From Alphaproteobacteria bacterium (GTDB lineage: Bacteria > Pseudomonadota > Alphaproteobacteria > GCA-2731375): a stretch of 64,000 nucleotides of DNA. Location: NCBI GenBank assembly GCA_965232515.1, contig CBDDPY010000002.1:2016001-2080000 (forward strand). The letters run 5' to 3'. Below are positions 19,191 to 29,260 of the stretch, one piece after another; positions within the stretch are counted from its first letter, which is position 1, and each line of letters opens with the position of its first letter. A program made the position numbers and the translations under genes. The notes beneath the pieces were generated by a model, which was not told the origin of the DNA, did no database searches, and was given only the letters and a program-made list of their open reading frames with translations.

Positions 19191-19538
19191 ATGGATGCGT
19201 ACAACAATATGTTGTCGGATGCCGATCCGGACTTGCGGCGGCGCAACCAACGACGCCGGATCCTCTGGACCGGCAAGCTCCGCGTCGGCGAGCATCTCAT
19301 CGACTGTCAGGTTCGCAACATCTCGCTGGGCGGGGTGCTGATCAAGATATCGATCCCGCTGGCCGCCGACACGCTGGTCTATTTCGAGAGCGAGCACCAT
19401 TCGCCGCTGCAGGGCCGCATCGCCTGGCAGGCCAACAGCCTCGCCGGCGTCTCCTTTGACAGTTCGCCCAACGTCGTCGCCCGCATCCTCGGCCCGGCCG
19501 CCAGCCGCCTCGGCCTATCGCTGCACGAACCGTCCTAG
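19191..19538 (+). CDS. PilZ domain protein (paralog of the preceding gene)
   Basis: RRRNQR, CQVRNISLGG, ESEHH.PL.GRIAW, GVSF. Confidence 0.85.
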   Translation: MDAYNNMLSDADPDLRRRNQRRRILWTGKLRVGEHLIDCQVRNISLGGVLIKISIPLAADTLVYFESEHHSPLQGRIAWQANSLAGVSFDSSPNVVARILGPAASRLGLSLHEPS

Positions 19539-20995
19539 CGAAACGCCGGTTCGTCGAAGCTGCGTAGTTTTCGTGAGTGCAGGCTTTCGACGCCGGCGGC
19601 GCGCAGGTTGCGCAGCGCCGCGATGCCGATCTGCAGGTGCTGGCCGACCCGTTCCTGATAGAAGGCGTTGGCCATGCCGGGCAGCTTGATCTCGCCGTGC
19701 AGCGGCTTGTCCGAAACGCAAAGCAGCGTGCCGTAAGGCACCCGGAAGCGATAGCCGTTGGCGGCGATGGTCGCCGATTCCATGTCCACCGCGATCGCCC
19801 GCGACTGGTTCAGGCGCAGCGCCAGTTCGTCGTGCCGCAGCTCCCAGTTCCGGTTGTCGGTGGTGAACACCGTGCCGGTCCGCAACCGGGTCTTCAGTTC
19901 GGGGCCGCGCAACCCGGTCTCTTGCGCCACCGCTTCCGTCAGCGCGATCTGGATCTCGGCGATCGGCGGCACCGGCACCCAGCCCGGCAGATCGTCGTCC
20001 AGGACGTGATCGCCGCGCACATAGGCGTGCGCCAGCACATAGTCGCCGAGGCGCTGGCTCGGACGCAGGCCGCCGCAATGGCCGACCATCAGCCAGCAAT
20101 GCGGCCGCAGCACGGCGACGTGGTCGGTAATCGTCTTGGCGTTCGACGGGCCGATGCCGATGTTGATCAGCGTGATGCCCTCGCGGTCCTCGCGCACCAA
20201 GTGGTAGGCGGGCATCTGCGGCAGCTTTTCCGGCGCATTGCCCGAGGCCGGCTGCGCCGTCAGCCTGGCGTTGGGCGTCACCACGTTGCCGGGCTCGACA
20301 AAGGCCGCGTATTCGTCGCCGTTCGCGACCTGGCCGCGGCCGTAGGCGATGAACTCGTCGACATAACGCTGATAGTTAGTGAACAGCACGAAGCGCTGGA
20401 AGTGCTCCGGCGCCGTCGCCGTGTAGTGCGCCAGCCGGACCAGCGAATAGTCGACCCGCTCGGCGCTGAACAGCGCCAGCGGATAGGGTTGCCCAGACGG
20501 CGTCACGTGCGTGCCGTTGGCGATGGAGTCGTCGATCTCCGACAGATCGGGCAGCCGGAAGTGCTGCCGCAGCGCGGTCAGATGCGTGTCCGTCAGCACC
20601 GCCGTCGCCGCCTCCGACACGAAGGTCAGCGGGATCGTGCGGTCGCTCCGGCCGACCACCAATGGCTGACCGTGGTTGCGCATGACCAGCTCGAACTGCT
20701 CGCGATAATACTCCGCGAACAGATCGGGCCGGGTGACCGTGGTGCCGTGCACGCCGGGCGCCGACAGGTTGCCGTAGGCGCGCCGCGGCCCGCGGTTCAG
20801 ATCCGTATCCGTGACCGAGATCCCGACATAGGGATAGACCGCGTCCGGCGGGGTCGTCACGACGTCGGGCTTCGCTAACGCCTGGCGGATCGTGCCGGCC
20901 GCGGCGTCATAGATCTCACCGACCCTGGCGAACGCCGCCGCCGCATCTTCGAAGCTCTGCAGCCCGGCGACCCGGCCATGCCCATGCTTGGCCAT
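19535..20995 (-). CDS. amn: AMP nucleosidase
   Basis: RVDYSL..L.HYT, FVLFTNYQRYVDEF, PQMPAYHL, IGPSNAKTITDH.AVLRP, DMESATIA, CVSDKPLHGE, SRKLRSF.EP.FR. Confidence 0.96.
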   Translation of the reverse strand: MAKHGHGRVAGLQSFEDAAAAFARVGEIYDAAAGTIRQALAKPDVVTTPPDAVYPYVGISVTDTDLNRGPRRAYGNLSAPGVHGTTVTRPDLFAEYYREQFELVMRNHGQPLVVGRSDRTIPLTFVSEAATAVLTDTHLTALRQHFRLPDLSEIDDSIANGTHVTPSGQPYPLALFSAERVDYSLVRLAHYTATAPEHFQRFVLFTNYQRYVDEFIAYGRGQVANGDEYAAFVEPGNVVTPNARLTAQPASGNAPEKLPQMPAYHLVREDREGITLINIGIGPSNAKTITDHVAVLRPHCWLMVGHCGGLRPSQRLGDYVLAHAYVRGDHVLDDDLPGWVPVPPIAEIQIALTEAVAQETGLRGPELKTRLRTGTVFTTDNRNWELRHDELALRLNQSRAIAVDMESATIAANGYRFRVPYGTLLCVSDKPLHGEIKLPGMANAFYQERVGQHLQIGIAALRNLRAAGVESLHSRKLRSFDEPAFR

Positions 20996-21272
20996 ACCGC
21001 ACCTCCTAATCGTGGCGCTCGGCATACTCCATTCGTCAGAAAGGTTAAAGCGCCGATAACGCCCGCCTCACAATGTGACCTTCTGATGTCTCTTTGACCA
21101 AACATTGGTGACCTATTCCCACGGTTTCGACGCAGCCGGTCACAGCGCAACTCTCCTAACCTGCCGCCGACTGGAACGAGAAGCGACGGACGAAACCGTC
21201 GGCAGTCAACAGAACTTGCTGATCCCCAAGACGGGCTGCGCTGGGGCGGCCCGTCCGACACGGAGTACCGCC

Positions 21273-21929
21273 ATGCGTTCAATAATGATGAAAACCGTTG
21301 TCGCCGCCGCGGCGGTCCTATGGGCCGGTCAGGCGTCCGCCACCATCATCGGCGGCGGCGTCACGGGCGGCTCGTCGTTCGATGACGGTGGCCAGTTCAA
21401 CCTGATCGACCCGATCCCGAACGGTTTCACCGTCGGCGACAACAATCAGCAGAGCAACGATCTGTTCGGCTTCAACGAAGATCAGAACATTCTGCTCAGC
21501 GACGCGCTCGATCTCGACGTCGGCACGCCGCAGCTCGCCGCCGGCACCGAGGTCGCTAGCCACTATATCTTCTACGACCCGGTCATCGGCGATATTCAGG
21601 GCTTTGTCGAATTCGACGCCGCGGTGCTCGGCATCCTGACCGAAACCGACACGCTCGCCGCCAGCGATGTCCTGGCGAACACCGACGTCACCTATCTGAA
21701 TCCGACGCTGCGCGGCCTCGAAGACCGCACCGACACCGCCGTCATCGATCCCGGCAATCCAAACCGGATTCTGATCGATTTCTTCGCCGCATCGCCGGGC
21801 GACTATATCCGCGTGCTGACCGAACGCTCGCCGATCGCCGCTCAGGAAGTGGCCGAGCCGGGGACCCTCGGCCTGTTCGGCTTCGGCCTCAGTCTGTTGT
21901 TCCTGTACGGTCTCCGCCGACGGGCTTAG
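21273..21929 (+). CDS. PEP-CTERM-like exported protein (VAEP variant)
   Basis: Signal peptide ending AGQASA; C-terminal EVAEPGTLGLFGFGLSLLFLYGLRRRA. Confidence 0.8.
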   Translation: MRSIMMKTVVAAAAVLWAGQASATIIGGGVTGGSSFDDGGQFNLIDPIPNGFTVGDNNQQSNDLFGFNEDQNILLSDALDLDVGTPQLAAGTEVASHYIFYDPVIGDIQGFVEFDAAVLGILTETDTLAASDVLANTDVTYLNPTLRGLEDRTDTAVIDPGNPNRILIDFFAASPGDYIRVLTERSPIAAQEVAEPGTLGLFGFGLSLLFLYGLRRRA

Positions 21930-22711
21930 CCCGTCAGACCGGCAACGAACCGGGCGATGGCGTCCAGCACGTCGTCGCGCCGGTCCTTGTGCGGCGCGTG
22001 ACCGCAGTCCGGCAGCAGCAACGTCTCGCAGGCGCCGCCGGTCTGCCGGTCGATGGCCTCGAGCTGCGCCACGCTGCCATACTCGTCAGCCTCGCCCTGA
22101 AGCAGCAGCGACGGCACGCCGATGCCGGGCAGGTATTCTTCCAGGTTCCAGTCGCGGAACGCCGGATCGGTCCAGGCGTCGGCCCAGCCGTTGAAGGCGA
22201 CGTCGACGTTGGCGCCGTGATGGCGCTGCAGACGGGCGCGCAGGTCGGTCGTGGCGTAGGCCTGTTTGGCCGCCGCGATGGACGCGAGCCCGATCTCCTC
22301 GGCGAAGACATGCGGCGCTTCCAGCACCAGACCGCGCAAGCCCGGCGCCGGCGTCCCGCCCGCATAGACAATCGCGATCGACGCCCCGTCCGAATGGCCG
22401 ACCAGGATGCTGTCGCGCACGTCGAGCGCGGCCAGCACCTGCGGCAGGACCTCCAGCCCTTCGTCATGCATGTAACGGACCGTGCGCGGCAGCGCGCAGG
22501 CATCCGAGCCGCCATAGCCCGCGCGGCTATAGGTCAACGCGCCGCAGCCCGTGCGCCGCGCCAACTCGTCGGGGACGTCCCGCCACATGCCGAGACACCC
22601 CAATCCCTCGTGCAGGAACACCAGCGTCGGCGCGGCCTCGGGCGCCGGTCCGGCCCAGGCATACTCCAGTCGCCGGCCGCCGGCGGTAACGAAACCGCGC
22701 GCCGGCGGCAT
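21926..22711 (-). CDS. Alpha/beta hydrolase
   Basis: LVFLHEGLG, GHSDGAS nucleophile, QG..DEYG, CGHAPH; TGATG coupling to the ligase. Confidence 0.9.
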   Translation of the reverse strand: MPPARGFVTAGGRRLEYAWAGPAPEAAPTLVFLHEGLGCLGMWRDVPDELARRTGCGALTYSRAGYGGSDACALPRTVRYMHDEGLEVLPQVLAALDVRDSILVGHSDGASIAIVYAGGTPAPGLRGLVLEAPHVFAEEIGLASIAAAKQAYATTDLRARLQRHHGANVDVAFNGWADAWTDPAFRDWNLEEYLPGIGVPSLLLQGEADEYGSVAQLEAIDRQTGGACETLLLPDCGHAPHKDRRDDVLDAIARFVAGLTG

Positions 22712-24297
22712 CAATCGCGCAGCTTGAAGCGTTGAATCTTGCCGGTCGCCGTCTTCGGCAGCTCGTCGGCGAAGTCGATCCAGCGCGGATACTTGTACGG
22801 CGCCAGGCGGTCCTTCACGAACTGCTTCAGCTCGTCGGCCAGCGCGTCGGACCCGCTCATGCCCTCGCGCAGCACGATGCACGCCTTCGGCTTGATCAGA
22901 TCGTCGGCATCGGCCCGCCCGACCACCGCCGCCTCCTGCACGCTCTCGTGCGCCACCAGCGCCGATTCCACCTCGAACGGCGAGACCCAGATGCCGCTCA
23001 CCTTCAGCATGTCGTCCGAGCGGCCGGCATAGGTGTAGTAGCCCTCGGCGTCGCGCACATACTTGTCGCCGGTATGCGTCCAACGGCCCTGGAACGTCGC
23101 CAGGCTCTTTTCCCGGTTGTTCCAATAGTACGGCGCGCTCGTCGGCCCGCTGACCAGCAGGTCGCCGACCTCGCCGTCGGGCGCCTCGCTGCCGTCGTCG
23201 CTCGTCAGCCGCACGTCGTAGCCCGGCACCGGCTTGCCGCTGGCGCCGTAGCGCACGTCGTCCGGCCGGTTCGAGAGAAAGATGTGCAACATCTCGGTCG
23301 AGCCGATGCCATCCAGAATGTCGACGCCGAAGCGCTCGCGCCAGCGCTTGCCCAGTTCCTCCGGCAGCGCCTCGCCGGCCGAGACGCAGATCCGCAGCCG
23401 GTCCGAACCCGCCGCCTTGTCGAGGCCGTCGTCGGCCAGAATGGCGCCGTAGAGCGTCGGCACGCCGTAGAAGATCGTCGGCCGGTGCTGTTTCATCGCC
23501 GCCATCACCGTTTCCGGCGTCGGCCGGCCGGCCATCAGCACCGCCGTCGCCCCGACATAGAGCGGGAAGGTCAGCGCGTTGCCGAGCCCATAGGCGAAAA
23601 ACAGCTTCGCGGCCGAGAACACGACGTCGTCCGGCCGGACACCCAGCACGCCAACGCCATAGAGCGCGGCCGTGTTCACCAAATCGCCGTGCAGGTGGAT
23701 CGCCCCCTTCGGCCGTCCGGTCGAGCCCGACGAATAAAGCCAGAAGCCGACATCGTCCGGCGTCGTTTCCTCCGCCGCCAGTTCCGGCGACGCCGCCGCC
23801 ATCAGGTCGCTCAGCCGCGAATGGCCCCCTCTGTCGCCCGCGCCCGAGACGATCACATGCTTGAGCTGCGGCAAGTCCTCCACGTTGCCGGCGAACCGGT
23901 CCAACAGCGCGTCGCTCACCACCAGCACCCGGGCCCGGCTGTCGCGCAGCATGTAGACATAGTCGTCCGAGGTCAGCAGCGTGTTCAGCGGGATCGGCAC
24001 CAGGCCGGCCTTGATCGCGCCCAGGAACGCGGCCATGAAATCGATGCCGTCCAGCATGGCCAGCGCCACCCGCTGCTCCGGCATCATGCCCAACGCCAGC
24101 AATGCGTTGCCGGCCCGGTTCGCGCGTTCCGCCAGCTCGGCATAGCTGTAGCTGCCGGCATCGTCGATCACCGCCGTCTTGTCGCCGTTGCCGTTGCGCA
24201 GGTTGCGCTCCAAAAGGTCGAAGGCCGCATTGTAGGTCCGCGGCAGCGTTACCGCGGGCGGCGCGCTGTCGAAATCCACCGTGCTGAAGTCGCTCAT
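22711..24297 (-). CDS. Benzoate-CoA ligase family protein
   Basis: FWLYSSGSTGRPKG, SAAKLFFAYGLGN, DGIGSTEMLHIF, LKVSGIWVSP, LPKTATGKIQRF. Confidence 0.93.
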   Translation of the reverse strand: MSDFSTVDFDSAPPAVTLPRTYNAAFDLLERNLRNGNGDKTAVIDDAGSYSYAELAERANRAGNALLALGMMPEQRVALAMLDGIDFMAAFLGAIKAGLVPIPLNTLLTSDDYVYMLRDSRARVLVVSDALLDRFAGNVEDLPQLKHVIVSGAGDRGGHSRLSDLMAAASPELAAEETTPDDVGFWLYSSGSTGRPKGAIHLHGDLVNTAALYGVGVLGVRPDDVVFSAAKLFFAYGLGNALTFPLYVGATAVLMAGRPTPETVMAAMKQHRPTIFYGVPTLYGAILADDGLDKAAGSDRLRICVSAGEALPEELGKRWRERFGVDILDGIGSTEMLHIFLSNRPDDVRYGASGKPVPGYDVRLTSDDGSEAPDGEVGDLLVSGPTSAPYYWNNREKSLATFQGRWTHTGDKYVRDAEGYYTYAGRSDDMLKVSGIWVSPFEVESALVAHESVQEAAVVGRADADDLIKPKACIVLREGMSGSDALADELKQFVKDRLAPYKYPRWIDFADELPKTATGKIQRFKLRD

Positions 24298-24397
24298 GGG
24301 TCCTCCCGCGGGCCGGTTCGGTCCCGGCCCCCATCCTTGTCGGGTTTGATTAATCGGCAGTCTAGCGGTGCTGCCCATGCCCCGAAAGCGCGAAACT

Positions 24398-24450
24398 TGC
24401 GGTATAGTGCATTTTTTCGTTATTGACGCCTCAATTGGAATTATAGTGCA
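24398..24450. promoter_or_regulatory. Candidate BzdR/BoxR operator: two TATAGTGCA boxes
   Basis: TATAGTGCA at 24403-24411 and 24442-24450 in the divergent ligase/regulator spacer; BzdR is known to bind TGCA-containing repeats. Confidence 0.6.
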
Positions 24451-24471
24451 GGTCAGATTCGAAGGCCTGAC

Positions 24472-25368
24472 ATGAACGACAAGCCGTCCGCGAAACGTCC
24501 GCCGCCGTCCGACGACCCCGATGTCGACGGTTATCTGCTGACGCTGGGCGAACGGGTGCGGGCCGCCCGGGCCCGGCGCGGCATGACGCGGAAGATGCTG
24601 TCACGCGATTCCGGCGTCTCCGAGCGCTATCTGGCCCAGCTCGAAACCGGCGTCGGCAACGTCTCGATTGCGCGCCTCAGGCGCGTGGCGCAGGCCATGA
24701 ACACGCCGCTCGCCGATCTCGTGCGCGAGGGACCGGAGCCGCCGGTCGAGCTGACGCTGATCCTGGAGCAGTTGAACCGGGTGCCGGTCGAGCAGCTCGC
24801 CGACATCCGCCGCGACCTGCAGCGGCGCGGCGGCGGCATCGCCAAGCGGCCGGGCCGCATCGCGCTGATCGGCCTGCGCGGCGCCGGCAAGAGCACGCTC
24901 GGCGCCCGCCTCGCGAGCCTGCGCAAGGTGCCGTTCATCCAGCTCAGCCGCGAGGTCGAGCAGGAGGCCGGCATGTCGCTCGACGAGATCCACGATCTGA
25001 TGGGCCAGGTCGCCTACAGCCGTCTGGAGCGGCGCTGCCTCGACCGCGTGATCGAGCGGCACGACGCCGCCGTGATCGAGGCCGGCGGCGGCCTCGTCGC
25101 CGAGCCCGGCACTTTCGAGCGGCTGCTCGGGGCCTGCTACACGGTCTGGCTGCGCGCCAGCCCGGAGGAGCACATGGCCCGCGTCATGGCCCAGGGCGAC
25201 CACCGGCCCATGGCCGGCAACCGCGAGGCCATGGCCGACCTGCGCCGCATCCTCGACGGCCGCGACCAGCTCTACCGCCGCGCCGACGCCGTGCTCGACA
25301 CCTCGGGCCAGGACATCGATTCCAGCCTGATCGAGCTCGCCCGCCTCTGCGAAGCCGCGCCGGCCTGA
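24472..25368 (+). CDS. BzdR/BoxR-type regulator (XRE HTH plus shikimate-kinase-like domain)
   Basis: LGERVR..RARRGMTRK...SGVSERYLAQLE; IALIGLRGAGKSTLG; PEEHM.RV.AQGD.RPM. Confidence 0.92.
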   Translation: MNDKPSAKRPPPSDDPDVDGYLLTLGERVRAARARRGMTRKMLSRDSGVSERYLAQLETGVGNVSIARLRRVAQAMNTPLADLVREGPEPPVELTLILEQLNRVPVEQLADIRRDLQRRGGGIAKRPGRIALIGLRGAGKSTLGARLASLRKVPFIQLSREVEQEAGMSLDEIHDLMGQVAYSRLERRCLDRVIERHDAAVIEAGGGLVAEPGTFERLLGACYTVWLRASPEEHMARVMAQGDHRPMAGNREAMADLRRILDGRDQLYRRADAVLDTSGQDIDSSLIELARLCEAAPA

Positions 25369-25399
25369 TCGCTTTCGCGCCCTGCCACACCCCCCAACC

Positions 25400-25483
25400 G
25401 TCATGCTGGCGCAGGCCAGCATCCAGCGGAATCGAAGCCAGCCCAGCCGCGCGTGGATGGCTCCTGGCCTGCGCCAGGATAAC
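25400..25483. repeat. REP-like palindrome pair (family A-related)
   Basis: GTCATGCTGGCGCAGGCCAGCATCCA ... TGGCTCCTGGCCTGCGCCAGGATAAC, imperfect inverted pair. Confidence 0.6.
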
Positions 25484-25639
25484 CCTTGGTGTTGCGATGT
25501 TGCGCGCGACCGTCGGACGCGCCGGCACTTTCGAGTTCCAACCTTCCCAATCACACCAACACACCCCCACCGGCTACATACCAACGTCGCAGGAATTTCC
25601 CTTTCCATGAGGCCGGCCTTCTGATACCGCGACGCCGTT

Positions 25640-27070
25640 ATGGCAACGATCGTTCATTCGGCGGGCCGCGGACGGGTGTCGTGGCGCGGGGAGACGCGTG
25701 CGCTGGTGCGCTTGAGCGTGCCGCTCGTGCTGACCAATCTCGGTCAGATCGCCATGCAGACCACCGACGTGCTGATGATCGGCCGGCTCGGCGCGGTGCC
25801 GCTCGCTGCCAGCACGCTCGCCGTCAGCGTGTTCTTCATGCTGTTCATCTTCGGCATGGGCATCGCCATGGCGACGGCGCCGATGATCGCCCAGGATCTC
25901 GGCCGCCGGCCGTCGGCCGTGCGCGAGCCGCGCCGCACCGTGCGCCAGGGCTTCTGGGCGACGCTGGCGGTCGGCCTGCCGTCGCTCCTGGTGCTGTGGT
26001 ACATCGCGCCGATCCTGGAAGCGATCGGCCAGGAGCCTGAGCTGATCGCCGGCGCGGAGGCCTACACGCATGCCGCCATGTGGGGGCTGGTGCCGGGCTT
26101 GTGGTTCATCGTGCTGCGCAACTTCACCGCCGCGCTGGAGCGGCCGCGGCCGGCGTTGGTGATCACGCTGATCGGCATCGCCGTCAATGCGATCGCCGAC
26201 TATGTGCTGATCTTCGGCGCCTTCGGCGTGCCCGCCTACGGTCTCGTCGGTGCGGGCGCCGCCACCGCGATCTCGGCCGGCTTCCTGTTCGTCGGCCTGC
26301 TCGCCGTCGTGCTGCTCGACCGGCGCATGCGCCGCTACTACATCCTTGGCCGGTTCTGGCGGCCGGACTGGCGGCGGTTCCGCGACGTCTTCAATCTCGG
26401 CCTGCCGATCGCGATCACGCTCACCTTCGAGGTCAGCCTGTTCGCCATCGCCGCCCAGCTCATGGGCCTGATTGGCGTCGCGCAGTTGGCGGCGCACCAG
26501 ATCGCCATCCAGATCGCCTCGGTCACCTTCATGGTGCCGATGGGCCTCGGCCAGGCCGCGACCGTACGCGTCGGTCTCGCCGTCGGCCGCGGGGACACGC
26601 CCGGCATCCTGCGCGCCGGCCTGCTGGCGCTCGGCCTCGGCGTCGGTTTCATGGCCCTGATGGCGCTGGTGATGGTGACGCTGCCGCGCGCGCTCACCGG
26701 CCTGTTCCTCGACGTCTCGGCGCCCGCCAACGTCGCCGTGGTCGAGTTCGCCGTCGCCTTCCTGATCATCGCCGCCCTGTTCCAGATCGTCGACGGCGGC
26801 CAGGCCATCGGCGCCGGCGCGCTGCGCGGCATGAAGGACACGCGCTGGCCCATGGTCTTCGCCGGCGTCGGCTACTGGCTGATCGGTCTCGGCGGCGGCA
26901 TCGGCCTCGCCTTCGGTCTCGAGCTCGGCGGCATCGGCATCTGGTACGGCCTCGCCGCCGGCCTCGCCTTCACCGCCGTGCTGATGATCGGCCGCTTCCT
27001 GCTGCTGCACCGGCGGCTCGTCGGGACAGCAACACACCAGAGGAGTAAAGCACCATGGATCTCGATCTGA
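25640..27070 (+). CDS. MATE family efflux transporter
   Basis: TDVLMIGRLG...LAA, LGLPIA, LAAHQIA, ATVRVG..VG, FQIVDG.Q....GALRG.KDT. Confidence 0.93.
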   Translation: MATIVHSAGRGRVSWRGETRALVRLSVPLVLTNLGQIAMQTTDVLMIGRLGAVPLAASTLAVSVFFMLFIFGMGIAMATAPMIAQDLGRRPSAVREPRRTVRQGFWATLAVGLPSLLVLWYIAPILEAIGQEPELIAGAEAYTHAAMWGLVPGLWFIVLRNFTAALERPRPALVITLIGIAVNAIADYVLIFGAFGVPAYGLVGAGAATAISAGFLFVGLLAVVLLDRRMRRYYILGRFWRPDWRRFRDVFNLGLPIAITLTFEVSLFAIAAQLMGLIGVAQLAAHQIAIQIASVTFMVPMGLGQAATVRVGLAVGRGDTPGILRAGLLALGLGVGFMALMALVMVTLPRALTGLFLDVSAPANVAVVEFAVAFLIIAALFQIVDGGQAIGAGALRGMKDTRWPMVFAGVGYWLIGLGGGIGLAFGLELGGIGIWYGLAAGLAFTAVLMIGRFLLLHRRLVGTATHQRSKAPWISI

Positions 27071-27852
27071 CCGGCAAACTGGCTCTGGTAACCGGATCGA
27101 CGCGGGGCATTGGCCTCGCGGCCGCAAAGGGGCTCGCGGCCATGGGCGCCGAGGTCATCGTCAACGGCCGCGGCGACGACGCCGTCGCCAGGGCGCTCGA
27201 TGAAATTCGGCAAGCCGTTGCGGAGGCCAAGCTACGCGGCTTGGCGGCAGACATCTCGGATGCCGCCGGCTGCGATGCCGTGATCGCCGCCTGTCCGGAT
27301 GTCGACATCCTGGTCAACAACATGGGCATCTACGAGCCGAAGCCGTTCTTCGAGATCCCGGACACGGATTGGCAGACCATGTTCGACGTCAACGTGATGA
27401 GCGGCGTGCGCCTGACGCGCCACTACCTGCAGCGCATGCTCGACACCAGGGACTGGGGCCGCGTCGTTTTCGTCTCCAGCGAGTCCGGCATCGTCATCCC
27501 GAAGGAGATGGTGCATTACGGCTTCTCGAAAGGCGCGCAGCTCACCATCGCGCGCGGCGCGGCCGAATACACCAAGGGCACCAACATCACCGTCAACTCG
27601 GTGCTGCCGGGACCGACCTGGGTCGAGGCCCAAACCGAACGCCTGACCGCGCGGGCCGAGGCGCAAGGCACCACGGTCGAGGATCTGAAGGCGCGCACCT
27701 TCAGCGAACGCCGCCCCAGCTCGCTGCTGCAGCGCTACGCGAGCACCGAGGAGGTCGCCAACATGATCTGCTACGTCTGCTCCAAGGCCGCCAGCGCCAC
27801 CAACGGCGCCGCCCTCAGGGTCGAAGGCGGCATCGTCAGCAATCCGTTTTAG
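27055..27852 (+). CDS. Short-chain dehydrogenase/reductase
   Basis: VTGSTRGIG, LVNNMG, YGFSK, NSVLPGPT. Confidence 0.92.
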   Translation: MDLDLTGKLALVTGSTRGIGLAAAKGLAAMGAEVIVNGRGDDAVARALDEIRQAVAEAKLRGLAADISDAAGCDAVIAACPDVDILVNNMGIYEPKPFFEIPDTDWQTMFDVNVMSGVRLTRHYLQRMLDTRDWGRVVFVSSESGIVIPKEMVHYGFSKGAQLTIARGAAEYTKGTNITVNSVLPGPTWVEAQTERLTARAEAQGTTVEDLKARTFSERRPSSLLQRYASTEEVANMICYVCSKAASATNGAALRVEGGIVSNPF

Positions 27853-27889
27853 CCGACGCCGCTTTCCCGGCCGGCAAGCCGGCGATAGC

Positions 27890-28651
27890 ATGGCGGCAAT
27901 GTTCGATCCTCTCACCATCACCGCCGTCGCCGGCACCTTTCTGATCGCCGGCGCCGTCAAGGGCGTGATTGGCCTCGGCCTGCCGACGGTCAGCCTGGCG
28001 CTCCTGACGGTAGCGCTCGACCTGCCGGCGGCCATGGCCCTGCTGCTGGTGCCGTCGTTCGTGACCAACGTCTGGCAAGCGCTGGTCGGCGGCAATGTCT
28101 CGGTCATCCTGCGTCGGCTGTGGCCGTTCCTGCTGATGGCGACGCTCACGGTCTGGCTCGGCGCGACGGCGTTGACGCGCGTCGATCTCGATCTGCTCTC
28201 CGCCCTGCTCGGCGCGCTGCTGGTGGTCTATGGGACGGCGAACCTCGCCGGTTTCCGCCTGAGCGTCAGCAGCCGGCAGGAGGTCTGGGTCGGGCCGCTC
28301 ATCGGCACGGCGAACGGCGTGCTGACCGGCATGACCGGCTCGTTCGTGGTGCCGGGCGTCATGTTCCTGCAGGCCATCGGCCTGCCGCGCGACATGCTGA
28401 TCCAGGCCATGGGCATGCTGTTCACGGTGTCGACCGTGGCGCTCGCCGTGGCGCTGCAGGGCAACGCGCTGCTGACGGCGGACCTGGGCCTGCTCTCCAC
28501 CGCCGCCCTGCTGCCGGCCATCGCCGGCATGGCGCTGGGCCAGCGCATCCGCCAACGCCTGTCGGAGGAACGATTCCGGCGCGTGTTCTTCAGCGCCCTG
28601 CTGGCGCTCGGCCTCTACATCATCGCCACCGCCGCGACGGGCCAGGCCTGA
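27890..28651 (+). CDS. TauE/SafE family membrane exporter
   Basis: AGAVKGVIGLGLP, PSFVTNVWQ, GVLTGMTG; about 8 hydrophobic segments. Confidence 0.85.
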   Translation: MAAMFDPLTITAVAGTFLIAGAVKGVIGLGLPTVSLALLTVALDLPAAMALLLVPSFVTNVWQALVGGNVSVILRRLWPFLLMATLTVWLGATALTRVDLDLLSALLGALLVVYGTANLAGFRLSVSSRQEVWVGPLIGTANGVLTGMTGSFVVPGVMFLQAIGLPRDMLIQAMGMLFTVSTVALAVALQGNALLTADLGLLSTAALLPAIAGMALGQRIRQRLSEERFRRVFFSALLALGLYIIATAATGQA

Positions 28652-29188
28652 ATGTCACCGCACGAAGATTGGCGGCTACGTCCCGGCACCGCGGACGACG
28701 TCGACGGCGTCCACGCGCTTGCGGCCAAGCCCGATGTCTATCGCTACCTGTTCGATGGCGTCGCGCCCGAGCGCCAGGCGATCGCCGAGGCCCTGGCGCA
28801 ATGCGTGACGAATGCGGCCGAAAGCGGCCTCGGCCTCTGGGTCCTGACGCATCCGTCCGCGCCGTATGCCGGCGCGGTCTGGCTGCAGCCCGACCTCGCC
28901 GCGCGGTCGGCCGAGATCAGCTATCTGCTGGATCCGGACCATTGGGGACAGGGTCTCGCGACCCGCATGGCCTGGACCGTCATCGGCCACGCCTTCCGGA
29001 CGCGCCATATCGACCGCATCGTCGCCGGCGCCGACGCGCCCAACGCGGCATCGCTGGCGGTGATGGCGCGGCTCGGCATGCGCTTTCATCGCCACGTTCA
29101 ATATCCGATGGGCGCCGGCGTGGAATACGTCCTGCATCGCGACGATTCCGGCCCGAGCCCCCAACCCGCTCCGTTGTCCATCACCTGA
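28652..29188 (+). CDS. GNAT (RimJ/RimL) N-acetyltransferase
   Basis: EISYLL.P.HWGQGLAT, NAASLAVMARLGM. Confidence 0.88.
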   Translation: MSPHEDWRLRPGTADDVDGVHALAAKPDVYRYLFDGVAPERQAIAEALAQCVTNAAESGLGLWVLTHPSAPYAGAVWLQPDLAARSAEISYLLDPDHWGQGLATRMAWTVIGHAFRTRHIDRIVAGADAPNAASLAVMARLGMRFHRHVQYPMGAGVEYVLHRDDSGPSPQPAPLSIT

Positions 29189-29260
29189 GAGGCGGGCGAA
29201 CCGGGTGCAATACCGGGCCGGATCTGCTATGCAGCCGCCGGCAAAAGCAGGAACGGACCC

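Noticed and set aside
22712-24334. 802-aa ORF suggesting a ligase-hydrolase fusion
   Set aside because: The upstream part is an off-frame read of the ligase; the two genes are coupled by TGATG
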